Shown here one piece after another: positions 7,282 through 14,749 of a DNA stretch of 32,000 nucleotides; the first letter of the stretch is position 1, and the number at the start of each line of letters is the position of its first letter. The notes below the pieces were generated by a model. That model saw only the letters and a list, made by a program, of their open reading frames with translations. It did no database searches and was not told the origin of the DNA. Source of the DNA: Nitrososphaerota archaeon (lineage in GTDB: Archaea > Thermoproteota > Nitrososphaeria_A > Caldarchaeales > Calditenuaceae). Where the stretch lies: the NCBI GenBank assembly GCA_033581555.1, contig JAVQSZ010000004.1, positions 109,786-141,785 on the forward strand. Direction: 5' to 3'. Both the position numbers and the translations under genes were made by a program.

Positions 7282-7330
7282 CCTCCCGGTCAGGAGGTCC
7301 TCGAGCGAGACGGCCTCAGACCCGCCCAGC

Positions 7331-8866
7331 TCACCTCACCACCTTCGGGACCGTCGGCGCGTACCTCATCCTCTCCCTGATGGGCTTCGGCCAGTCGTCG
7401 ACCTCGAACCCGTGCCTCGCGAGGAAGGCCGCAGCCCACCTCGATATCCCGTGGCCGACGCAGCCGGTCCAGACCGGCCTCTCCTTCACCTCCTTTATCC
7501 TGAAGGCGTTGACGTAGAAGTCCCTGTGGACAGTCGCGGCCGTGATCTCGAGCCACTCGGCCTCCTCCCTCTCGCCCCTGTAAGCCATGTAGACCTCTAC
7601 GTCCAGCGTCGGGATCTTAGCCGACGTCGATACGTCGATCACCCTCTTCCTGGCCTCCTCAGGCGAGAGGTAAAAGGGCGCGCCCGCGACGACCCGCCAC
7701 TCGAGGTCTAGGTCCTTGTCTACTACCTCTACCGTTCTGTCGATTATCGAGTCCCTCAGCTCTACGACGTCCTCCGGCGAGCCTAGCACCACCATCTCCA
7801 TCCTGAGGAACTCGTTGGTCCTGACGATCCCCTCGACCCCTCCTGCCTCGTTCCTCCAGGTCCACCCTCCCATCACGTCGAAGGCCTTCACGGGGAGGTC
7901 CTCGAGCCTGACGTACTCCTGGCTGAAGAACTGGTAGAAGGGCGGGCACTGGACCGCGTCCAGGACGTACCTCGGGTCCTCGAGGACGTTCCTCAGCAAG
8001 TCGACCCTGAGCTCCCTCCTTAGCGAGTACTCCCTCTTGAACTCGGCGAAGGCGCTCGGGTCTCTCGGTGGCGGACAGACGTAAAAGAGGCCCTCGGGGA
8101 GGTGCTCGACGTAAGTAGAGAGCTTCTGGAGGACCTCTATCGGCAAGAGCCTCGGGAAGACCCACTCCTGGAAGCCGAGCGGCAGGCAGATCCGGTCTAT
8201 TATCAGCTGAACTATGGACCTGACGAGCGAGGCCATGGGAGGAGCGTAGATCCACTGGCCCCTCCCTGGGAAGCGTTTGATCCAACCGAGCGACTCCGCC
8301 ACCTGCCCCACGTCCTCGATGACCTTTTGGGGCCTCGCGGGGCCCCTCTTCAGGACGGTCCCGAAGGTCGCCGGGACCGCGATCTCCTCCGCGACCGCGG
8401 AGACCCTCACCCTCCTCAGCGCCCTCTCGACGAGCCTGTCTTGTAGCTCCCTCTCGGTGATGCCCGTGAACCTTATTTCGAGCGAGTCCCCGACCTGTGA
8501 GACCTCCGCGACGCCCTCCAGCTCCCTCGCAGCCCTCTCGCGGTCGAAGCCCCTCTCGAGCCTGACGGTCAGCTCCTCGACCAGCGTCCCTCTGACCCCG
8601 ACCCTGTAGGACCTCCCCATCGACTCGGCGACCGCGTTCTTCAGCCTCAGGACCGCGTCGGTCGCCCAGACCGCTGTCCCTGACTCGACCTCGAACTGGA
8701 CCTCGTTCCCCCTCAGCTCGAACCTCAGCAGCTTCGCACCTTCCGTCGCCCTCTCCGGCGGAACGCCCTTTGAGAGGGCCGCGTTCAGGTCCGCGATGAG
8801 CCTCTCTAGACCGTCAGCGCTGACGGCTGGTGCTGCGCTGAGGACGAATTTGCCTCTCGCGAGCAT
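7331..8866 (-). CDS. serS: seryl-tRNA synthetase, atypical methanogen-type (zinc-dependent class II aaRS)
   Basis: Class II motif 2 (WTWRNEAGGVEGIVRTNEFLRMEMVVLG) and motif 3 (TGCVGHGISRWAAAFLARHG) are present. The whole length resembles my memory of Methanosarcina barkeri SerRS, for example GWIKRFPGRGQWIYAPP, LFYVCPPPRDP, AVQCPPFY and the C-terminal DDWPKPIRERM. I prefer the ATG at 8866. The ORF track begins at a TTG at 8872. Confidence 0.8.
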   Translation of the reverse strand: MLARGKFVLSAAPAVSADGLERLIADLNAALSKGVPPERATEGAKLLRFELRGNEVQFEVESGTAVWATDAVLRLKNAVAESMGRSYRVGVRGTLVEELTVRLERGFDRERAARELEGVAEVSQVGDSLEIRFTGITERELQDRLVERALRRVRVSAVAEEIAVPATFGTVLKRGPARPQKVIEDVGQVAESLGWIKRFPGRGQWIYAPPMASLVRSIVQLIIDRICLPLGFQEWVFPRLLPIEVLQKLSTYVEHLPEGLFYVCPPPRDPSAFAEFKREYSLRRELRVDLLRNVLEDPRYVLDAVQCPPFYQFFSQEYVRLEDLPVKAFDVMGGWTWRNEAGGVEGIVRTNEFLRMEMVVLGSPEDVVELRDSIIDRTVEVVDKDLDLEWRVVAGAPFYLSPEEARKRVIDVSTSAKIPTLDVEVYMAYRGEREEAEWLEITAATVHRDFYVNAFRIKEVKERPVWTGCVGHGISRWAAAFLARHGFEVDDWPKPIRERMRYAPTVPKVVR

Positions 8867-8992
8867 CCTCAAAGCCTATCCCTGACCGGTGGTCCTCCGG
8901 TAACATAAACTTACGGGGAAACCGGCTGCGGTCTCCCTCTTCGACCTCCGCCGTAGACTGATATAGGACCAGGGGTCGAGGGTGATGCGAGG

Positions 8993-9334
8993 ATGGAGTT
9001 CTGCCCGAACTGCGGCAGCTTCATGACGACCGCGAGGACGAGCGGAGGTGTCGCGCTGGTCTGCAGGCGATGCGGCTACAGGAAGGCCGGAAGGACGGTT
9101 GAGATCAAGCTGAGGACCTCCAACAGGCCGACGGGGAGGCAGAGGGTCGGGATCGTCGTGGAGGAGGCCGGCGAGGAGTCCTCGGTCCACCCGAAGACGA
9201 CCGACGTGGTCTGCCCGGAGTGCGGGAACAGGGAGGCCTACTGGTGGACGGTGCAGACGAGGTCCGCAGACGAGCCGATGACCCAGTTCTTCAGGTGCAC
9301 CAAGTGCGGCCACACCTGGCGCGAGTACGCCTGA
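8993..9334 (+). CDS. tfs: transcription factor S (TFS; RNA polymerase subunit M / TFIIS-like cleavage factor)
   Basis: It has an N-terminal zinc ribbon (CPNCG...CRRCG) and a C-terminal TFIIS-type ribbon (CPECGNREAYWWTVQTRSADEPMTQFFRCTKCGHTWRE) with the acidic DE loop. A TATA-like GATATAG lies about 30 nt upstream. Confidence 0.9.
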   Translation: MEFCPNCGSFMTTARTSGGVALVCRRCGYRKAGRTVEIKLRTSNRPTGRQRVGIVVEEAGEESSVHPKTTDVVCPECGNREAYWWTVQTRSADEPMTQFFRCTKCGHTWREYA

Positions 9335-9344
9335 AGCCCCGCGC

Positions 9345-10064
9345 TCACCTCTCGACCAAGACCGCCTTCTTCCTACACCCCACTGGGAACCTGACGGAGT
9401 TCCAGACCTCCTCCCGGGCGAGGAGCGAGTAGACCCCGGAGCACCTGATCCCCTTGTCCTGGAGGAGGGAGATGAAGTCCGTGAGCGGATGGGGCGACCC
9501 GACCGAGCTCGCGAAGACCAGCACTCCGTCCTTGTAGGACTTGATGACCGATGGTACCCAGAGGTGCCTCGAGGAGTAGTCGCCCTTCGGCTTGTAGGTG
9601 ACCGGGAAGTACTCCTCCGTGTCACACATCGGCCGCTCACCGACCAACACCAGCCCGCAGCCAGTGACGAGCGAGAACGCGACCGTCAAGGGGATAGCCG
9701 GCGGGTCCAGGTTCGCGGCCGCGACCACCCTAGTCCCCTCGAAGGCCCCGAGCGCGTGGTACGCGAGGATCTTCAGGGCCTGGCCGTCGGAAGCTAGCCT
9801 GATCGACCACCGGTCCCGATAGCTCTCGACGTACTCCCTCACGAGCTCTTCTGGCCTGATGATCTCGAGGGCCCGCCTCATGATCTCCCTCGCGACCCGG
9901 GGCCTCGGGACGGTCTTCCTGTGGAGGTACCTCGCTAAGGTGGACTGCGAGATGCCCAGCAGCTTCGAGAGCTTTCTGTAGTTGTACCTGCTCTTGAGGA
10001 AGTATAGGACGTCGACCGCCGCGGTCACGTTCTGCGTCGTGATCACCGTCCTCTGGGCTGTCAT
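9345..10064 (-). CDS. HTH-domain transcriptional regulator fused to a phosphoribosyltransferase-like (PyrE/GfcR-type) domain
   Basis: The N-terminal HTH is YRKLSKLLGISQSTLARYLHRKTVP. The C-terminal part has a PRT-like fold pattern with a degenerate PRPP loop (DGVLVFASSVGSPHPL). I chose the ATG at 10064 because a TATA-like CTTAATTT (minus strand, 10087-10094) lies about 26 nt upstream. A GTG at 10073 is the alternative. Confidence 0.55.
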   Translation of the reverse strand: MTAQRTVITTQNVTAAVDVLYFLKSRYNYRKLSKLLGISQSTLARYLHRKTVPRPRVAREIMRRALEIIRPEELVREYVESYRDRWSIRLASDGQALKILAYHALGAFEGTRVVAAANLDPPAIPLTVAFSLVTGCGLVLVGERPMCDTEEYFPVTYKPKGDYSSRHLWVPSVIKSYKDGVLVFASSVGSPHPLTDFISLLQDKGIRCSGVYSLLAREEVWNSVRFPVGCRKKAVLVER

Positions 10065-10119
10065 CCCTCTCACGACCGAACGTCCGAAATTAAGCAGTAT
10101 TCCCGAGGTCAGGATGGGC

Positions 10120-10641
10120 TCAGCCGCGGAGCCTCAGGCTTCTCCTGTGGTGCTCAGGGAGGACGCCGAGGAGCCTCTCGTAGGTCCCGGAGAGGAGCTC
10201 GGGAAGCACCTTGGTGTCGCTTATCACCGGCATGAAGTTCGTGTCGCCGACCCACCTGGGGACCACGTGGACGTGGATGTGGTCCTCGATCCCCGCTCCG
10301 GCCGCCTTGCCCAAGTTCATCCCTATGTTGAAACCCGAGGGCCTGTAGGCCTTGTTCAGCAGCTCTACGGAGAGCCTCGTCAGGCCCATCAACTCGGTCA
10401 GCTCGTCGTCGCGGAGCCTCATGATGTCGCCCTCGTGTCTCACCGTCGCGATCATGAGGTGCCCGGTGTTGTACGGGAAGGCGTTCAGAATGACGAAGGC
10501 CCTCCTGCCCCTGACCAAGATGAGGTTGGCCCTGTCGTCGCTGCCGTTGAACTTCTGGCAGAAGACGCATCCCTCCTTCGAGCCCGACTTCACAGCCCTC
10601 TCGATGTAGCCCATCCTCCACGGCGCCCAGAGCCTCTCCAC
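10120..10641 (-). CDS. HIT-family nucleotide hydrolase/transferase (Ap4A phosphorylase-like subgroup)
   Basis: The histidine triad is HIHVHVVPRW. The N-terminal LWAPWRMGYI plus CVFC is typical of this subgroup. The start is GTG. Confidence 0.85.
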   Translation of the reverse strand: MERLWAPWRMGYIERAVKSGSKEGCVFCQKFNGSDDRANLILVRGRRAFVILNAFPYNTGHLMIATVRHEGDIMRLRDDELTELMGLTRLSVELLNKAYRPSGFNIGMNLGKAAGAGIEDHIHVHVVPRWVGDTNFMPVISDTKVLPELLSGTYERLLGVLPEHHRRSLRLRG

Positions 10642-10664
10642 GCACTTCGGTCGCCGACCACGCC

Positions 10665-10671
10665 CTTAAAG
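10665..10671. promoter_or_regulatory. single TATA-like element (CTTAAAG / CTTTAAG) shared by two divergent genes
   Basis: It is the only AT-rich element in the 56-nt spacer. It is centred about 27 nt from the GTG at 10641 (minus strand) and about 30 nt from the TTG at 10698 (plus strand). Confidence 0.5.
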
Positions 10672-10697
10672 CTTGAGCACCCGGCGGGAGATCGTTA

Positions 10698-10934
10698 TTG
10701 ACGGGCTTCGACCGCATCGGACAGGTGGCGGAGTTGTTCTACGTCGTGAAGTGTCCGAGGTGCTCAGGGATCTCCGTCACGAGGGCGAGGACGGCCTACA
10801 GGTGTCCGTTCTGCGGCCTGAAGGTCTCAGTAGACGAGACGACGGTCCTACACGTCGCGAGGGACGCCAAGAGGGCGAGGGAGGTCGCGTCACGGCTGAA
10901 GGTCAAGGGCTCGGGTTCGGGTCAGACCGAGTGA
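10698..10934 (+). CDS. small zinc-ribbon protein (CPxC...CPxC; resembles archaeal DUF1922-type proteins)
   Basis: KCPRCSG-(16 aa)-CPFCG is followed by a basic helix (ARDAKRAREVASRLK). The start is uncertain: TTG at 10698 or GTG at 10725. The 3' end overlaps the convergent oxidoreductase gene by 13 nt. Confidence 0.55.
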   Translation: MTGFDRIGQVAELFYVVKCPRCSGISVTRARTAYRCPFCGLKVSVDETTVLHVARDAKRAREVASRLKVKGSGSGQTE

Positions 10935-12058
10935 AGCTCCACGACCTCCGACTCCCCGGTTAGGGCCATCGGTCTGGAGGGTGAGGCCCACTCTGCCTCC
11001 CTCCCGTGGATCACGGCTTCGATGAGGAGCTCGGCGACGCCCGCTGACCTCATCAGCCCGTAGCCGTCGAGGCCGTCGACGATGAAGCAGTTGCTGGTCC
11101 CCGGCACCCTGCCCACCAGCGGCATCCCGTCGTGAGTCGAGCTGCACGGCCCCGCCCATCCGCCCTCGACGAGGATCGCCTCGGGGCGCCTCAGCCTCTC
11201 CGAGAGCAGGTCCACGATGTGGTAGACGTACTCGGGCTCGGCAGGCCCTATCGCGCCCTCGGCCGTTTCGACCACCCTCGAGTATCCGTTCCCCGCCAGC
11301 GAGGTCCTGCCGACGTCATGCCGCATGTAGAGGTGGTTCTCGGAGACGTAGAAGGGAACGTAATCCCACGGCTCGAGGAACCTTAACTTCACCACTTGAC
11401 ACTTGTATATCACAGTGGGCACGTCGTAGATCCCGAGCTCCGACATCAACGGCTTGTTCCACGGCCCCGCCGCGAAGACCACGTTATCGGCCCTCAGGCT
11501 CCCCTTGCCGTCGAGCTGAACGCTCTCCACCGAGTCGCCCGAGAACCGAACGCCGGTTATCCTGTTCCTCAAGTAGACCTCCACGCCCAACAGGTCGAGG
11601 AGCCTCGAGTAGGCCCTCCCAAGCCCCTCCGGGTCGACGACCCTGTCGACTCCCGTGTAGACGCCGAGCTCGTGGTCCTTAGTCAGAAGCATCGGGATCC
11701 GCTCCCGCAGCTCGTCGTGGTCAAGGAGCGTGCAGTTCACGCCCTGTGAGGTAAGCATCCTCGCGGTCTCCTCCGCCATCCACTGAGGCTCGACGGTCAC
11801 GAAGCCCGTCTCCTCCATGAACTTCACCTCCGAGAGCTTCTCTACTTCCTCGAGGACCTCTATCGTCCTCAGGGCCAGCCTCACGTCCTGTTCAAGGCTC
11901 AACTGGGCTGTCACTATTCCGGCGCTGAACCCCGTGGCCCCGCTCAGCACGTTGTGCCGCTCGATCAGTGCCACGTTCATTCCCCTCTTCGCGGCAAGGT
12001 ACGCGATGGCAAGTCCTACCGCTCCACCACCGATCACCACGATGTCGTGTGAGGTCAT
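10922..12058 (-). CDS. FAD-dependent oxidoreductase, DAO family (glycine / D-amino-acid / sarcosine oxidase-like)
   Basis: The N-terminal dinucleotide fold is DIVVIGGGAVGLAIAYLAAKRGMNVALIER. Length and C-terminal pattern (GWAGPCSSTHDGMPLVG, FIVDGLDGYGLM) are typical of DAO-family flavoenzymes. Confidence 0.8.
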   Translation of the reverse strand: MTSHDIVVIGGGAVGLAIAYLAAKRGMNVALIERHNVLSGATGFSAGIVTAQLSLEQDVRLALRTIEVLEEVEKLSEVKFMEETGFVTVEPQWMAEETARMLTSQGVNCTLLDHDELRERIPMLLTKDHELGVYTGVDRVVDPEGLGRAYSRLLDLLGVEVYLRNRITGVRFSGDSVESVQLDGKGSLRADNVVFAAGPWNKPLMSELGIYDVPTVIYKCQVVKLRFLEPWDYVPFYVSENHLYMRHDVGRTSLAGNGYSRVVETAEGAIGPAEPEYVYHIVDLLSERLRRPEAILVEGGWAGPCSSTHDGMPLVGRVPGTSNCFIVDGLDGYGLMRSAGVAELLIEAVIHGREAEWASPSRPMALTGESEVVELHSV

Positions 12059-12192
12059 GACCTTTCACCCGTTGTTTCGTTTCCTGCACCCAATATAACC
12101 GTAGGTTCTTTTATTTTCAGTAATACGGCGAACTGATATAATAAAAGGCCTGCTCTTAAAACATGTTGCATGAAATCACATGAATAATGAAC

Positions 12193-13557
12193 TTATATTG
12201 ATTCGGATGATGGTAAGTAGCTATTAAGGATCCTCTGGAACTTTTTTACAACGTCGACAGCATTAAAACCGAATATAAGAGTCATAGGCTCTTTCCCGTA
12301 ATCTCCGGTGTGGTAGATTAAGTCCGTCACTCTGCCAGAGGACTTTATGGCTTCGCCGACGCCCCACCTGATCGTCATCCCTTCGACCTGCTTTATGGAC
12401 GGTGGCTCCTTGGAGCGGTCGTAGCTCGAGACCGAATACCCTAGGGACTTCGCGACCTCGATGAACCTCGCGTCGAACCTCACGTTCATCGCGGACCTTA
12501 CCCTCCTGTCGAAGGAGTGTGCGACCAGGACAGCTGAGGCCACGTGCCTCGAGCCGCCAGGCGTGGGGCAAGTGCTGGCCCTGAGCTTGTCCCCGACCCT
12601 CACGATCCTCCCGGGATATCCGACCACGTCCTCGGCGGTCTGTCCGTATTCTATCGTCTCGACCAGGTTGATCATGGACTCTGGGCACATACGACCCGCG
12701 CCCTCTATCGACTCGAGGAGCTCAGTCGCGGCCCTAACGCTCTCACAGGCTTCGAGCAGCCGGGCCTTGCGGACCGCAGCCCAGACCGGATTCACTGGAC
12801 CCGAACCGCGACCTAGGTCCAGGCCGTAGCGTATCGCGTCTTCGACGAACCGCTTCGCCAGCTTCACCGACTCGACGACCTCCCTCCCATGTGCCAGATG
12901 CGCGGCTATCGCTGAGGCGAAGACGCATCCGGTGCCGTGCGTGTTCCTCGTCTCGATCCGGTCACCCTCGAGCTCGGCGATCTCGCCCTCGTAGTAGACG
13001 ACGTCGACGACCTTCCGGCCAGGGACGTGTCCTCCCTTCACGACGACGGCCTTGGAACCGAGCTGAGCGATCTCCTTCGCGGCCTTGACCTGGTCCTCGA
13101 CCGACTTGACCTCGAAGCCGCAGAGCCTCTCCGCCTCCCGAGCGTTGGGCGTGACGACAGTCGCGATCGGGAGGAGCTCGGACTTCAGAGTCTCGACGGC
13201 ATCGGGCCTCAGCAACGGCGCCCCGCTCTTAGCGACCATCACGGGGTCGACGACTATCGGGGCCCTGATCCTCCTGAGCTCCCCTGCGACCGCCCTGATT
13301 ATCTCGCTTGTGTGGAGCATCCCGGTCTTAACGGAGTCGACCCCGATGTCCTCGACGCAGACCCTGATCTGCTCCACGACCATCTCCGGGTCCAGGTCGA
13401 CTACCCTGGTCACCTCGTGCGTGTTCTGGGCCGTGATCGAGGTGATCGCGGACATGCCGTGGACGCCTAGCGCGGCGAACGTCTTCAGGTCTGCTTGTAT
13501 CCCCGCGCCCCCTCCGGAGTCTGAGCCTGCGACCGTGAGGGCCCTCGGCAAGCGCAT
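12193..13557 (-). CDS. thiDN: bifunctional hydroxymethylpyrimidine/phosphomethylpyrimidine kinase (ThiD) and archaeal thiamine-phosphate synthase (ThiN)
   Basis: The N-terminal ThiD part reads ALTVAGSDSGGGAGIQADLKTF...VDPVMVAKSG...THGTGCVFASAIAAHLA. The roughly 190-aa C-terminal domain matches ThiN (GYPGRIVRVGDKL...GGSRHVASAVL...DYGKEPM). Confidence 0.88.
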   Translation of the reverse strand: MRLPRALTVAGSDSGGGAGIQADLKTFAALGVHGMSAITSITAQNTHEVTRVVDLDPEMVVEQIRVCVEDIGVDSVKTGMLHTSEIIRAVAGELRRIRAPIVVDPVMVAKSGAPLLRPDAVETLKSELLPIATVVTPNAREAERLCGFEVKSVEDQVKAAKEIAQLGSKAVVVKGGHVPGRKVVDVVYYEGEIAELEGDRIETRNTHGTGCVFASAIAAHLAHGREVVESVKLAKRFVEDAIRYGLDLGRGSGPVNPVWAAVRKARLLEACESVRAATELLESIEGAGRMCPESMINLVETIEYGQTAEDVVGYPGRIVRVGDKLRASTCPTPGGSRHVASAVLVAHSFDRRVRSAMNVRFDARFIEVAKSLGYSVSSYDRSKEPPSIKQVEGMTIRWGVGEAIKSSGRVTDLIYHTGDYGKEPMTLIFGFNAVDVVKKFQRILNSYLPSSESI

Positions 13558-13654
13558 GGAGATCGACCTCGATGACGTCCGGAGTCGACCTCGCCCATAA
13601 GGGTGACCGGACCGGCTCGAGCCGTGTAGGGCGCGTCCGACCCGACCGGTCCGC

Positions 13655-14605
13655 TCACACCTCCCTAACCATCCTGTTCATCAGCAGTCCGATCCTCTCG
13701 ATCTCGGCCTCGACGACGTCTCCGTGCTTCAGGAACTCCCTTCCGGCCGCAGCAACACCAGCTGGAGTCCCGGTGGCCAAGATGTCGCCGGGCATGAGGG
13801 TCAGGCCGTCGGAGAGGTGCTCGATCAGCTCCCCGACCTTGAAGACCATGTCCTCGGTCGTTCCGTCCTGCCTTAGCTCCCCGTTCACCCTCAGGGTCAA
13901 CCTCAGGGGATACGGGCTGCCGACCTCGTCCTTTGTGACCAAGTAAGGACCGCAGGGAGCCGCGGTGTCGAGGCTCTTCCCGTGAACCCAGTTGAACCCG
14001 AACCGATTCGTCCTCTGCGGCCAGCCCGGCGGGATCTGTTTGTCCCTGAAGCTGACGTCGTTGAAGACCGTGTACCCTGCTATGACCTCCTCCGCCTCCC
14101 TCCTCGAGACGTACTTCGCCCTCCTCCCTATCACCACCGCTAGCTCCACCTCGTAGTCGACCTTGGTTGAAGTCCGGGGAATCAGCACGTCTGACCCGTG
14201 GCCTACCAGCGCGTTGGCGAACTTCGCAAAGAAGTAGGGCCTCTCGGGAACCTCGACCGACATCTCCCTTCCGTGGGAGTGGTAGTTGACCGCGACGCAG
14301 ACGATCTTCTGCGGGTCCGGGACCGGAGGTAGGAACTCGACATCGGCCGGATCCTTCAGGACCGCGGCCGCGGTCTGGGGCCCTTCGTCCAGGACCCTCT
14401 CCGCCCTCTCTCCCAGCCTCCTGACGAACTCCATCGCCTCCTCTCCCGCCGAGAGCAGGGCCCTCATCGACCTGAGCCATCGGGGGACCGACTCCTCACC
14501 GTAGACGAGCCTGTACGCGGACCCGACGTCCACTATACCCCTCCTCAAGAGGAGCCCGAGCCTCGCGTCCTCATCGCCCTTCGCCCTGAACGATAGGAGC
14601 TTCAT
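13655..14605 (-). CDS. fumarylacetoacetate hydrolase (FAH)-family protein (2-keto-4-pentenoate hydratase / oxaloacetate decarboxylase-like)
   Basis: FAH blocks are present: KIVCVAVNYHSHGRE, VDYEVELAVVIGRRAKYV, GYTVFNDVSFRD, GKSLDTAAPCGPYLVT and PGDILATGTPAGV. I prefer the ATG at 14605 (MKLLSF...) because a TATA-like element at about 14641-14650 would place the transcription start downstream of the GTG at 14632. Confidence 0.85.
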   Translation of the reverse strand: MKLLSFRAKGDEDARLGLLLRRGIVDVGSAYRLVYGEESVPRWLRSMRALLSAGEEAMEFVRRLGERAERVLDEGPQTAAAVLKDPADVEFLPPVPDPQKIVCVAVNYHSHGREMSVEVPERPYFFAKFANALVGHGSDVLIPRTSTKVDYEVELAVVIGRRAKYVSRREAEEVIAGYTVFNDVSFRDKQIPPGWPQRTNRFGFNWVHGKSLDTAAPCGPYLVTKDEVGSPYPLRLTLRVNGELRQDGTTEDMVFKVGELIEHLSDGLTLMPGDILATGTPAGVAAAGREFLKHGDVVEAEIERIGLLMNRMVREV

Positions 14606-14749
14606 GATCTGGACCTCGGACTCGGACGGCACTCTTGAGAGTAAAAGCTTGCGCGAGGCTGGGAGCAGATCGTCGGAAGCGAGGCCGGACAGCTCGCTCC
14701 CCCGGTGAGCTTTCGATGCCCTAATCTCGAGCCGTGAGGGCGGAGGGGC

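Noticed and set aside
8876-9640. A 254-aa minus-strand ORF spanning the tfs gene and the 3' end of the HTH-PRT regulator.
   Set aside because: The sequence is rich in Arg, Ser, Pro and Thr and shows no motifs. It is antisense to the clearly real tfs and out of frame with the regulator gene.
9982-10717. A 239-aa plus-strand ORF and a 187-aa minus-strand ORF overlapping the HIT gene.
   Set aside because: The HIT frame carries the histidine triad and family N-terminus. The competing frames are Arg/Pro/Gly-rich with no recognisable features.
12131-12213. A possible C/D-box sRNA in the AT-rich island, with CTGA at about 12133 and ATGATGG at about 12206.
   Set aside because: The box order is wrong for the plus strand, and the minus strand has no matching boxes. 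The C-box match is imperfect and lies inside the thiDN coding sequence.
13665-14480. A 271-aa minus-strand ORF in an alternative frame of the FAH-family gene. Comparable shadow ORFs lie at 17034-17837, 6368-6907, 7659-8285 and 16560-17009.
   Set aside because: These are out-of-frame shadows of well-supported genes. All have Arg/Gly/Pro-dominated composition.
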